From positions 1,312,001 through 1,376,000 of the forward strand of contig OZ242326.1 in assembly GCA_965208325.1 (NCBI GenBank): a DNA stretch of 64,000 bases, written 5' to 3'. Each line of letters starts with the position of its first letter. Position 1 is the stretch's first letter. The notes beneath the pieces were generated by a model. The model was given only the letters and a program-made list of their open reading frames with translations. It did no database searches and was not told the origin of the DNA. This DNA comes from Candidatus Poribacteria bacterium (lineage in GTDB: Bacteria > Poribacteria > WGA-4E > PCPOR2b). Made by a program: the position numbers and the translations under genes. This document shows, one piece after another, positions 1 through 10,092 of the stretch.

Positions 1-1
1 T

Positions 2-898
2 TTAGAGATTCCAGCGAACTGGGAGTTGAGTGGATTATCTGGTGACGAGAAAAAAGGGTACTTGCGGTTAGACGATGAAACGACGCCGCGTCTAGAGTTA
101 AAGTGGTCTGAATCGAAGCAGAAGAAACCGGATCTGCATCGCGTCCTAGACGAATATTTCAAACTAATCCGCAAGAATTTTAGGCGTACAGAGGCTAAAC
201 TTCATATCCAGCGGAATGTCAATCTCATCAAAGATGAATCCTTCCTTGACGGTAAAGAGGCAGTGTTCTTTAGTTGGAAGGGAAGTTACCGAGCAAATGG
301 TATAATCTGCCACTGCCACACGTGCAAACGAATCACAATTGTCCAGGTAATGGGACACCTAAAGGAAAATCTTCGCACCACATCCGTACGTATCTTGAGT
401 TCGCTTCACGATCATCCGGCTGGACCGACGCCCCTGTGGACCGCATACCAACTCAACGTTGAAGTGCCACGCCGATACCGTCTCGAAAAACATCAGTTCC
501 TGTCCGGATATCTATTAATGTCTTTCGTTGATGGCAGCCGCAAACTTTCAATTGAAAGATATGGGCTAGCGGATATTACTCTCAAAGAGAGCGATTTGGA
601 GTCTTGGTTTCGAGCCAAGTATACCAAGGCTATTCGAGGATATGGCTTCGAAATGGAATCTATACAATCCGACGATGGAGATGAGAGGTTTAGGTGCATT
701 GGTGAACGTACACGTCTGACCGATCACATACCCTTTGCACCTGTATTGATTATTGACAAAATATTGCGGCGGCAAACCTTTGCCGCTCACATTCGGCATT
801 GCTACAAGTCCAATCGCATCTATGTTTTACAAGCGGTCGCCAAGCGCGATGCAGCTAAGACGGTGGAGGGGGTTGCAGCAAGCATTCGATGTCACTAG
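2..898 (+). CDS. Conserved-looking hypothetical protein, 5' end outside the window (CxCxxC motif and a HCxxS motif near the C-terminus)
   Basis: Frame is open from base 2 (LEIPANWELSG...) to TAG at 898; tightly packed with the next two genes. Confidence 0.7.
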   Translation, partial: LEIPANWELSGLSGDEKKGYLRLDDETTPRLELKWSESKQKKPDLHRVLDEYFKLIRKNFRRTEAKLHIQRNVNLIKDESFLDGKEAVFFSWKGSYRANGIICHCHTCKRITIVQVMGHLKENLRTTSVRILSSLHDHPAGPTPLWTAYQLNVEVPRRYRLEKHQFLSGYLLMSFVDGSRKLSIERYGLADITLKESDLESWFRAKYTKAIRGYGFEMESIQSDDGDERFRCIGERTRLTDHIPFAPVLIIDKILRRQTFAAHIRHCYKSNRIYVLQAVAKRDAAKTVEGVAASIRCH

Positions 899-917
899 AG
901 AATAGTATTGAACGCAA

Positions 918-1337
918 ATGATTAATACCATTCTTTACAAACTCAGATTAAAAAAACGTCCAGATTCGGAATTTGACCGAGAGCGTATCTTAAACGCATT
1001 ACCGCTTCGAAACCAGTTAATCAAATGGGAAGTTGATGACAAAGAGGAGGTTTCACTTGTTATTCCCCAGCAACAGAAACTATGGATTCGGATAGCTTCC
1101 AAGATTTTTTCCTTGCCTAACAAACGTGTAATTGTTTTGGATGATGTCGGGTCATTTGTATGGCGTCTATGCGATGGGAATAACTCGATTAGCCAAATTG
1201 CCAAACACCTTAGTGCACAATACCGCATGACACGGAAAGAAGCGGAAACGTCGCTGTTCACGTTTATGCGGCAGTTGGGCAAACGAAATATTATTGGATT
1301 TGCCGTTTCCAAAAAAGCAAAAGGAGGGGAGAAATAG
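918..1337 (+). CDS. PqqD-family / RiPP-recognition-element-like protein
   Basis: LDDVGSFVWRLCDGNNSISQI is the typical PqqD-family signature; C-terminal winged-helix-like segment. Confidence 0.8.
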   Translation: MINTILYKLRLKKRPDSEFDRERILNALPLRNQLIKWEVDDKEEVSLVIPQQQKLWIRIASKIFSLPNKRVIVLDDVGSFVWRLCDGNNSISQIAKHLSAQYRMTRKEAETSLFTFMRQLGKRNIIGFAVSKKAKGGEK

Positions 1338-2153
1338 ATGGCAGAAGCCCAAGCAATAGATGCAAATAGTGGTGATGTTCCTGCCGAAACTACTGAGCGA
1401 GCAACACGGCAGTTGCCGAAGGAAAACACCGTGCGCGTCAGGAACTTAATTAAAAGATATGAGATGGGTACGAGTATCGTCGGTGCACTACAAGGCGTTA
1501 ATTTCGAAATTCGCCGAGGCGAATACATATCCATTATTGGCCCCTCTGGTAGCGGCAAATCCACGCTTTTTAACATGATTGGGGGACTGGATAAACCGAC
1601 GGAAGGCAGGGTGTATATTGATGAGGTGGATATTGCGCAGTTAGACGCATATGAGCTTGCATGGCTTCGTTGCCGTAAGATCGGTTACATATTCCAATCG
1701 TTCAATTTAATTCCTGTGATGACTGCCTTGGAAAATGTCTCCCTACCGATGATATTTGGCGGTATGACCGCCGATGACAGCCGCCAAAAAGGAGCGGACC
1801 TGCTTACGCTTGTGGGGTTAGGCGATCGCATACAGCATAAACCACTTGAACTCTCCGGTGGACAGCAACAACGCGTTGCCGTTGCGCGCTCCCTTGCCAA
1901 CGATCCGGCAATTGTGCTTGCGGACGAGCCGACAGGCAATCTTGATACCCATACGGGCCTAGAGATAATTGCCCTTCTGAAACAGTTGAACGAAGAAAAT
2001 GGTGTGACAATCATTACTGCTACTCATGATACAAAGATGCTTGACGTATCGGACCGCATTTTCTATATGGCTGACGGAAAAGTCGAGAAGATTGAGACCC
2101 GCGACGAAATTGATTTGCAGGTCGGTCGGCTGGACGGTCAGGAAGTTGGGTAG
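1338..2153 (+). CDS. ABC transporter ATP-binding protein (LolD/MacB type)
   Basis: Walker [18 protein letters not shown] signature, Walker B/D-loop [11 protein letters not shown]-loop ATHD; abuts the PqqD gene. Confidence 0.95.
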   Translation: MAEAQAIDANSGDVPAETTERATRQLPKENTVRVRNLIKRYEMGTSIVGALQGVNFEIRRGEYISIIGPSGSGKSTLFNMIGGLDKPTEGRVYIDEVDIAQLDAYELAWLRCRKIGYIFQSFNLIPVMTALENVSLPMIFGGMTADDSRQKGADLLTLVGLGDRIQHKPLELSGGQQQRVAVARSLANDPAIVLADEPTGNLDTHTGLEIIALLKQLNEENGVTIITATHDTKMLDVSDRIFYMADGKVEKIETRDEIDLQVGRLDGQEVG

Positions 2154-2983
2154 GTTTTGTGTTATCACCAAATGTTGGTGTACAACTGCTTTAAGTAAGC
2201 TCACACAGTGTTACGGGCACAAGCATGGCGCAAATTCTGACGAAAACATTATCACAGGTTTTACTCATTGTCCATTTTTAATCCACGAACTATTTTCCCT
2301 TCCCTATTTCAATTTCACAAGCCGTTAACCATTTTTCATTTTCCCTCCAATTATTCGTCCTGATTTACCTTACACCGTAAGCGAAGAGAATTGCCTGCAA
2401 ATTGAGTTGAATACCTGCCGGTCTCACTTGAGATGTTCTTCTCTCCTTGCCGATAAATGGTATAATGAGCAAAAATCTAGTAGCATGACAAATCGCATAT
2501 CTTAGCGTATGATTGAATAATAGGCGACGAGGCGACATTTTGACGTTTGAATTGTAACATTCGGTGAAATTTCTATCGCGCTCCTTATTCGGTCGCTCGA
2601 TCCCACGATGGGGCTTTTGATGTATGGGCAATTGACGCTTCAATTTACCTTTCGCACTTCTATTCCTTTGCCTTAACAGCTTGTAAAAAAGCTGATGGCG
2701 AAAAATTTTTTGGTCACTTGGGATCCAAATCATAGGAGATTGAGGACTCTTTACACCAAAAATTTCCCCACAAAGACGGATTCGGACTTTTCAAACAAGT
2801 TGCATAAGAAGCCAGTTCTTCGACCACAAATATCGATTGCATTTCAGGCATGAATTGTGAGATAATGTCCAATAGGACTGCCTTGAATATTTTTTTTACA
2901 GGGGTTACCCGTTAGCAAGAATTCTGAATTCAATTCTGGAATATACGGCTTATACTTAGAAAACCAAATGGAGGAAATTTACG

Positions 2984-4405
2984 ATGAGAATGCACATTGG
3001 CGGAGAGTGGGTTGATAGACCACAGAAGATAGATGTGTTGAACCCTTTTGACAACTCGGTTGTCGACACGATTCCGAAATCAAACCTCAACGATGTTGAA
3101 AATGCGATTGAAACTGCAGTGCGCGGCGCAAAAGCCATGGCGAAGCTGACCGGCTACGAGCGATACGAAATTCTTCACAAAGCCTCAGAACTGATGGCGG
3201 AACGCGCGGAAGATTTGGGCCGCACGATTACATTAGAAGAAGGCAAGATTATCGGTGAAGGGCGAATGGAAGCTAGCCGTGCTGCGGAGATTATCGCACT
3301 TTCGGCTGAAGAAGCTAAACGGCTTGGCGGTGAGGTTGTTCCGCTAGAAGGTGCACCGGGTGCTCACGGCAAGTTCGGATTTACTGTGCGCGTACCTTGC
3401 GGCGTCGTTGTAGGTATAAGTCCATTCAACTTTCCGCTTCACCTTGTCTGTCATAAAGTCGGACCTGCATTGGCAGCAGGAAACGCTATTATCGTCAAAC
3501 CCGCTACTGATACACCGCTGTCGGCACTTAAGCTAGTTGAGATTCTATTGGAGGCTGGCGCACCGCCAGAAGCGATTCAGTGTTTGACAGGCCAGGGCGG
3601 AGATATTGGAGATGCGTTATGCGCTGATCGACGCGTCCGAAAGATTACCTTCACTGGCAGCCGTGATATTGGCGAACATATTTGCCACGTTGCTGGGCTA
3701 AAGCGGGTGACAATGGAGTTAGGTTCAAACTCGCCGCTCATTGTTATGCCTGATGCGGATCCGGAGAAGGTCGCCAAAGCGGCGGCGGCATCCGGATTCT
3801 CAAATGCCGGTCAGGTCTGCATCTCGACACAGCGAGTTATCGCTCACGAGAAGATTTACGGAGACTTTCTGGATGCCTTTAAAACGACAGTTGAGGAAAT
3901 CACTACTGGAGATCCGCTTGATGAGCCTACACGGATGGGACCGATGATTCGCGAGTCCGATGCAATCCGAGTGGATCAATGGGTCGAGGAAGCTCTCGGT
4001 GACGGCGCTGAACTGATTGCAGGTGGGGGAAGGAACGGTCAAATTTATAATCCCACAGTCGTCGCGAACGTTAAACCGGAGATGAAAATTTCCTGCGATG
4101 AAATTTTTGGACCGGTTGTTGGCGTAACCCCCGCAGAAAACATCGATGATGCCATTGCGTTAGCCAACGACACGAACTATGGGTTGAGTGCGGCGATTTG
4201 CACCCAAAACATTGACTGGGCGATGAAATTCGTGCGAGAGGTAGAGTCGGGTAACCTGATGGTTAATTGGGGAACCCAGTGGAGGGCCGACTTGATGCCT
4301 TATGGAGGGCTAAAAGAGAGCGGCATGGGTAAAGAGGGACCCAAGTACGCCGTGGAAGAAATGACCGAGCTGAAAATGGCAATCTTCCATTTGAGCGACG
4401 CGTAG
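2984..4405 (+). CDS. NAD(P)-dependent aldehyde dehydrogenase
   Basis: PFNFP, FTGS, MELGSN (catalytic Glu), AGQVCIS (catalytic Cys), EIFGP, PYGGLKESG; SD GGAGG upstream. Confidence 0.95.
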   Translation: MRMHIGGEWVDRPQKIDVLNPFDNSVVDTIPKSNLNDVENAIETAVRGAKAMAKLTGYERYEILHKASELMAERAEDLGRTITLEEGKIIGEGRMEASRAAEIIALSAEEAKRLGGEVVPLEGAPGAHGKFGFTVRVPCGVVVGISPFNFPLHLVCHKVGPALAAGNAIIVKPATDTPLSALKLVEILLEAGAPPEAIQCLTGQGGDIGDALCADRRVRKITFTGSRDIGEHICHVAGLKRVTMELGSNSPLIVMPDADPEKVAKAAAASGFSNAGQVCISTQRVIAHEKIYGDFLDAFKTTVEEITTGDPLDEPTRMGPMIRESDAIRVDQWVEEALGDGAELIAGGGRNGQIYNPTVVANVKPEMKISCDEIFGPVVGVTPAENIDDAIALANDTNYGLSAAICTQNIDWAMKFVREVESGNLMVNWGTQWRADLMPYGGLKESGMGKEGPKYAVEEMTELKMAIFHLSDA

Positions 4406-4601
4406 ACGGCTCATATACGACCTGTTTAAACCTTAAGGAACATTCCGATTTTACGCTTCCAGTCCGGGATGTGAATGATTATGCTGGTTCATCCTTTAAC
4501 TTTGAACCTGATGCTTTAGGATGTCGTTTGTGACGTATTCCAATAGCTAGGAACAATCCCGAAAAATTCCCACTTACTTCGAGATAGGTTTATTTTTTGC
4601 T

Positions 4602-6905
4602 ATGACAAAAGCGCATTTTGTCTGTACGTTATGGATTGCAATTTTGTGCACTGCTCGCGGCGGGTTTGCCGATTTTCTGGTTCTCGGGGATACCGTCTTA
4701 AAAGAGTCCATCGTTACAGTGGCGGATAGCTTACCCGCGCAACCGCCGACATTCGAAATACGACGCTCATTGCACACAAATCTTTCCGCGCCGTCCAATT
4801 TCGTCGCACTACCCGCGGTCTCCGACGAAACCCAATCTACGACTAGAACTGAAACGTTAGATGAGTCGCGCAAAGAAAAATTGCCCGGTACGACCCTATC
4901 TCCTAAATCCAAATCAACACTCCCTTATGGTTTTATTTCAAATTCAGATGAAAAGCAGATTGCGAAGTTAGTTTCCAATGCCGCTTCCATACCCGGCTAT
5001 CCCGATGCCAATGCGGTCGTCCTATGGGAAGCAGAGATATTGGAAATCTGTGACGATGCGAGTTCTGTTTACTCCACACGCCGCGTTGTAAAGATTCACA
5101 ACGAGGGAGGATTCAAATTCGGCGGGATTAGTATCCCCTATACGCGCGGAAATGACAATATCACCATTCATCATGCACGAAGCATAACGCCCGACGGCCA
5201 GGTGACTGAACTGGATCAGCGCAAAATTGTTAAAGATATTCCTCCGCCAAGTGCAGTCGAACGCGGGTTGTTTGTTGACGCTCGGTTAATGCACTTCACA
5301 ATTCCCGAATTGTCCAATGGCTGCGTCATTGACTATGCTTATTCATCCAAAACCTTAGGCCACATCATGCAAGGCGAATTCTGGCGCCAGATTTATTACC
5401 AAACATCCGCACCGGTACAGTATTTCCGCTTCACAGTGAATCTGCCCAAAAATAAACCGTTCTATTACCAGACTAGCGGCCCGTTAATTGAACCGGTGAT
5501 TACGGAAGGCAACTATACGCGCACTTTCACATTTGAAGTGCGCGATGTGCCTGCGTTACGTCGCGAGGAATTCATGCCAGCCATCGAAGACGTCGCATAC
5601 AATATCAGCATCTCATCGATCGAATCGTGGGAGGAATTGGTCAAATGGTATGCGTCGCTCATCCAGGATCAAGATTTAATCTCGCCAGAAATTCAGGCGA
5701 CCACAAAAGCACTGCTAAAGGGGGCTTGGACTCGAAAGGAAAAGATTAAGCGGCTTTACGAATATGTGACCGCGAACATCAATTACGTTGGAATCGAACT
5801 TGGGATTTGGGCGATTAAACCCCATCCGGCGCCCATGATTCTCAAAGAAAAATATGGCGATTGCAAAGACAAAACGACATTGCTTAGTACTATGCTGGCT
5901 GCTACAGGGATTAGGTCGTATCCAGCGTTGATTTCAGCTGGCGCCTCTCGCAGTATCGTGCGAGAGATTCCGTCGCTCGCTTACTTTAATCACATGATTC
6001 TCGCGGTTGAGGAGAAAAACGGCGCAGATTTCATCTGGTTAGACTCGACTGTGGAAACATGTGCATTTGGTGATTTCCCTGCAAGCAATCAAGACCGATG
6101 GGCACTCATTCTTAATCCCGATTACCTCATGAAAGTCCCTTCTACACAGTCACAGCGACTTGCCAAGGTAAATCAGGGCAGTTTCAAGCATAAGAAAGAA
6201 AAACATGATACGAATGAAGGGATGACTAATCGTTTATTTCGTTTTGCAAAGAGTCCAACCCCTCCGCCAGAGCAGAATTTAAAGCGTACCGTCACTCACA
6301 TTCACGTCGAAAGCGATCTCTCGGTAAAATCAACACAGGAAATCATTGTAACAGGGGATTTCAACACGACACTCCGACATAAGTTGAGACATCTTCACGC
6401 CGATGAGCGAGCGAAGTTCTTGCACGAACATATGGAACTTGACAACCGCGCCACATTAACCTCTTTTGAGATTTCTGAATTGGATGCGATGCATGAGCAA
6501 CTGAAGATTACACTAGCATGGCACTGCACGGATTACCTATTTGCCATTGGACGCCAATTTCTTCTAAAACTACCACTTGTCAAAAACCCTTACGAATCCC
6601 TTCTGGGTGAGGAGCACCGCACGTATCCAGTCGTCATCGGAAGAACACTCACCTTGGAGGACGAAGTAACCGTTAATTTAGCATCACCCTTCGTAGGAGA
6701 TTCTGTTCCAGAAAATCGAGTGTTTCACAACAGCATTGGATCCGTGGAGATAAACTACACAAAGTCCAAGCGAAAACTGTCAATGAATCAAATTCTGCGC
6801 TTGCAAAAACCGAAAGTTGAAGTCGACCAGGTGCCAGCACTGAAAGAACTCGTCAGACTCGCTTCGAACAAGGGAACGAAATATTTAGTGTTGGTGCAAC
6901 CGTAA
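4602..6905 (+). CDS. Exported DUF3857 + transglutaminase-like domain protein
   Basis: N-terminal signal-like stretch; YPDANAVVL DUF3857-type start; GDCKD...FNH...WLD Cys-His-Asp triad. Confidence 0.85.
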   Translation: MTKAHFVCTLWIAILCTARGGFADFLVLGDTVLKESIVTVADSLPAQPPTFEIRRSLHTNLSAPSNFVALPAVSDETQSTTRTETLDESRKEKLPGTTLSPKSKSTLPYGFISNSDEKQIAKLVSNAASIPGYPDANAVVLWEAEILEICDDASSVYSTRRVVKIHNEGGFKFGGISIPYTRGNDNITIHHARSITPDGQVTELDQRKIVKDIPPPSAVERGLFVDARLMHFTIPELSNGCVIDYAYSSKTLGHIMQGEFWRQIYYQTSAPVQYFRFTVNLPKNKPFYYQTSGPLIEPVITEGNYTRTFTFEVRDVPALRREEFMPAIEDVAYNISISSIESWEELVKWYASLIQDQDLISPEIQATTKALLKGAWTRKEKIKRLYEYVTANINYVGIELGIWAIKPHPAPMILKEKYGDCKDKTTLLSTMLAATGIRSYPALISAGASRSIVREIPSLAYFNHMILAVEEKNGADFIWLDSTVETCAFGDFPASNQDRWALILNPDYLMKVPSTQSQRLAKVNQGSFKHKKEKHDTNEGMTNRLFRFAKSPTPPPEQNLKRTVTHIHVESDLSVKSTQEIIVTGDFNTTLRHKLRHLHADERAKFLHEHMELDNRATLTSFEISELDAMHEQLKITLAWHCTDYLFAIGRQFLLKLPLVKNPYESLLGEEHRTYPVVIGRTLTLEDEVTVNLASPFVGDSVPENRVFHNSIGSVEINYTKSKRKLSMNQILRLQKPKVEVDQVPALKELVRLASNKGTKYLVLVQP

Positions 6906-6944
6906 AAGCGAGAGAAAGGCATTGATTTCAATTAAAAAAACAGT

Positions 6945-7376
6945 ATGAATATTGAAGAACATGCGTGGATTCAGGCGATTGCGCTCTGGGTCAAAGCCCA
7001 TTTGATTGGGATTGTTGTTCTGTCCGCAATAACCCTGATTTTAAGTATGCTCAGCATCTTGGCCTTAGTCATTTACCTGCCGTCAGATTATTTTACCCGT
7101 GAAAAACATGTCAGCATCGTATCAAACCGATTTCTGCGGATCTTATTGCGAATACTGAAAAACATATTCGGCGTAATTGCACTGCTAATTGGATTTGTGA
7201 TGTTAATTGGTCCAGGACAAGGATTGCTCACTATCCTAGTCGGCGTAATTCTCTGCGATTTTCCTCGCAAGCGACGAGTCGAGCGCAAACTGATAGGGCG
7301 TCCGGCGTTGCTTAACGCAGCCAACAAATTTCGGGCGCGGTACAAACGTCCGCCCATTTTGTTAAATGATGAGTGA
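6945..7376 (+). CDS. PGPGW-like putative membrane protein
   Basis: LPSDYF, KNIFG...GPGQGLLTIL...DFPRKR pattern; 2-3 hydrophobic helices. Confidence 0.75.
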   Translation: MNIEEHAWIQAIALWVKAHLIGIVVLSAITLILSMLSILALVIYLPSDYFTREKHVSIVSNRFLRILLRILKNIFGVIALLIGFVMLIGPGQGLLTILVGVILCDFPRKRRVERKLIGRPALLNAANKFRARYKRPPILLNDE

Positions 7377-7469
7377 TACAACCTAAGCAGTCGAAATAAG
7401 CGGCCCCGCCGAGTCGTCCCCACCGCAACTTCCTTCCAACGGTTTTGGATTTAAACATCATTTTTCACC

Positions 7470-7515
7470 AAAAAAAAGCACCCTGGAAATACATCACAGT
7501 ATTTTCCTAGGGTGC
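7470..7515 (-). terminator. Intrinsic terminator of the EF-G gene
   Basis: Hairpin GCACCCT(A)GGAAA(A)TAC / GTATTTCCAGGGTGC followed by T8 on the minus strand. Confidence 0.75.
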
Positions 7516-7547
7516 CTTCTACTGTTACTGTCTAGACTCGCTACAGC

Positions 7548-9629
7548 CTACTCTTCAGCCTCCGATTTGGCTTGGTCTATGATCTTTTGGGCTATCTCGT
7601 CGGGCGTCTCTTCGTAACGTGAAAATTCCATTGTGAAGCTACCCCGTGCACTCGTTATGGATTTCAGATCGATGGAATAGCGGAACATTTCCGCGAGGGG
7701 AACTTGCGCCTGAATGACCTGGCGCCTGCCCGACTGCTCCACGCCCATCACGCGGCCGCGCTTACTATTGAGATCGCCGATGACATCCCCCATGAATTGA
7801 TCGGGAACTGATATGGTCACGTCCATGATTGGTTCGAGCATCACTGGCCTTGCTTGGTTAGCTGCCTCTCTGAACGCGAACGATCCAGCGATTTGGAAGG
7901 CGAGGTCTGACGAATCAACTGGATGGTGTTTCCCGTCGAAGAGATCGACCTGGAAGTCAACCACGGGATACCCCGCTAGTATTCCCTGCGCCATGGATTC
8001 GCGTATGCCTTTTTCTACCGCAGGAATAAAATTTCTCGGAATGGATCCCCCCACGATGTTGTTGACAAATTCAAAACCGGCGCCTCGTTCGAGCGGTGCG
8101 ATATTTATCCAGACATCTCCAAATTGCCCGCGTCCGCCCGACTGGCGTTTGTAACGCCCCTGGACACTAGCTACTCGGCTCCGAATTGTCTCCTTATAAG
8201 GGACTTTGGGAACATCTACAGTGGTTTCAAGCCCGAATTTGTCCTTCATTCGAGCGCGGATGACACTAATATGTACCTCCCCTAATCCAGAGACTAGTAA
8301 CTGTTTGGTCGTTTCATTCCTCTCAATTTGAAACGCTGGATCTTCTTCTGACATACGGTTGAGTGTAGTTGTTAACTTCTCGTCATCTCCTTCGCGTGCA
8401 GGATGGATAGCAAAAGAAATAACAGATTTGGGAAATTCAATTCCGGGGAGTTGAATTGTTTGACCGACTTCGCAGAGCGTGTCGCCTGTCTGCGTCAGCG
8501 CGAGCTTTGGAACGGCGCCGAAATCGCCTGCGCCAATTTGTGCGGTGTTAGTCAGCTCCTTCCCATTCATATATGAAATTTTTCCGATTCGTTCGTTTTT
8601 GTCTTGTCCCACGTTGAATGCTTGAGAATCGCCCTTAAGAACTCCGGAATAGACTCGAAATAGGCTTAGACGTCCAGCAAATGGGTCAGCCAGTGTTTTG
8701 AAAACTACTACCGACATGGGCGAGTCGACGGAAGGTTCACGTTCCATCTCTCCGTCTATGCTTACCACCGGTTTTGCCTCGATTGGCGATGGGAAGCAGT
8801 TTATCAAAGTATCCATCAACGGTTGTATACCGATGTTGTTGATTGCGGAACCGCAGAGTACCGGGATGAATTGAGTAGCCCGAATTCCTGTACGCAATCC
8901 TGCGCGAATTTCTTCTTCAGTTAACTCACCTTCAAAGAACTTTTCAATGAGCGCATCATCGTTCTCCGCGGCGGCTTCAACAAGTTGTTCGCGAGACTCT
9001 TCCGCTTGCCCTTGTAGGTCTTCCGGAATTTCGGCTTTGGATACGATCTTGTTCCCGTCTGGTTTTGTGAACGCCCCCATTTTAACTAAATCCACGACAC
9101 CTGTGAAGTTATCTTCTTTGCCAATCGGCGCCTGGAGCGGAGTGGTGTTGGCTTCCAGTACCTCGCCGGTACTCGCCAAGGCGTTTTCAAAACTCGCGTT
9201 CTCCTTATCCATTTTATTGACAAAAACCAGCCTTGGTAGTTCGTATTTGTCCGCGATTTCCCATACTTTCTCAGTTCCACCTTCGACTCCGGTAGTTGCA
9301 TCGATCACCACGACCACGGCATCAACGATCCGAAGTACACTATTAAGATCGCCGTAAAAATCTTCTGCACCGGGGGTATCAAAGAGATTGAATTTGTGTC
9401 CTCTCCATTCGGCAATACACACAGAACAGTTAATTGTCGTTTTGCGTGCAATTTCGTCCGGGGCGTAATCGGCAACTGTATTTCCATCATCTACTTGCCC
9501 CATTCGCTCAACCGCGCCTCCGTTATAAAGAATTGCTTCAATTAGGGAAGTCTTCCCCGCGCCGGAGTGCGAAATAACCCCGATATTGCGAATCTGTTCT
9601 GTTTTGTATTCATTCATATTCTTGGACAT
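7548..9629 (-). CDS. fusA: Elongation factor G paralogue (EF-G2-like)
   Basis: Full five-domain EF-G length; G motifs SHSGAGKT, DTPG, NKMD; QSGGRGQFG, VDSSDLAF; not in an rpsL-rpsG-tuf operon. Confidence 0.92.
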   Translation of the reverse strand: MSKNMNEYKTEQIRNIGVISHSGAGKTSLIEAILYNGGAVERMGQVDDGNTVADYAPDEIARKTTINCSVCIAEWRGHKFNLFDTPGAEDFYGDLNSVLRIVDAVVVVIDATTGVEGGTEKVWEIADKYELPRLVFVNKMDKENASFENALASTGEVLEANTTPLQAPIGKEDNFTGVVDLVKMGAFTKPDGNKIVSKAEIPEDLQGQAEESREQLVEAAAENDDALIEKFFEGELTEEEIRAGLRTGIRATQFIPVLCGSAINNIGIQPLMDTLINCFPSPIEAKPVVSIDGEMEREPSVDSPMSVVVFKTLADPFAGRLSLFRVYSGVLKGDSQAFNVGQDKNERIGKISYMNGKELTNTAQIGAGDFGAVPKLALTQTGDTLCEVGQTIQLPGIEFPKSVISFAIHPAREGDDEKLTTTLNRMSEEDPAFQIERNETTKQLLVSGLGEVHISVIRARMKDKFGLETTVDVPKVPYKETIRSRVASVQGRYKRQSGGRGQFGDVWINIAPLERGAGFEFVNNIVGGSIPRNFIPAVEKGIRESMAQGILAGYPVVDFQVDLFDGKHHPVDSSDLAFQIAGSFAFREAANQARPVMLEPIMDVTISVPDQFMGDVIGDLNSKRGRVMGVEQSGRRQVIQAQVPLAEMFRYSIDLKSITSARGSFTMEFSRYEETPDEIAQKIIDQAKSEAEE

Positions 9630-9664
9630 ATCTCCTTATCAGTGGATTAACCTCACAGCGACGG

Positions 9665-9693
9665 ATTTTAGCACACGACTATAATAATTGCAA
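9665..9693 (-). promoter_or_regulatory. Sigma70-type promoter for the EF-G gene
   Basis: TTGCAA-N17-TAAAAT with a TG extended -10 on the minus strand. Confidence 0.55.
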
Positions 9694-9783
9694 GTAAAAA
9701 CCTCGGCTCTATAGTCAATCCGGCAGCGCCAATATAACTCGCTACGGTTGAGAATTCATGGGGGAAATTGTGGCGTAAGCGCC

Positions 9784-9846
9784 AAAAAAAAAGAGCACAG
9801 CAGGAGGAGGTCTACCTTATTGATTAAGACCAACTCCGCTGTGCTC
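9784..9846 (-). terminator. Long hairpin plus T9: terminator or 3' end of a small RNA downstream of the TonB receptor
   Basis: GAGCACAGC/GCTGTGCTC, GGAG/CTCC and GGTCT/AGACC stems, then 9 T on the minus strand. Confidence 0.75.
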
Positions 9847-10092
9847 CCAATGAACACGCTAGCGGTAGTCAAAGATTATGCTACATCGAACCATAGGCGG
9901 TTGTCGATTGTCGCAGCCGCCACACGGTAAATGAGTTAACGCCAAGCACGTTGAAAATTAGATTGGAGTTATTTAACGAGATTGGGTTGAATCGAACCGA
10001 CGAGAGACACCGGATGCCACCGTTGAATTTCGCGGTTCGATTCCGCTTGGGGCCCACCAATAAAGTGACGCCCAACTACATTACAGACTACA

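Noticed and set aside
9984..10059. Functional tRNA gene
   Set aside because: No D arm or anticodon arm, poor acceptor pairing, and the T-loop is offset by one base
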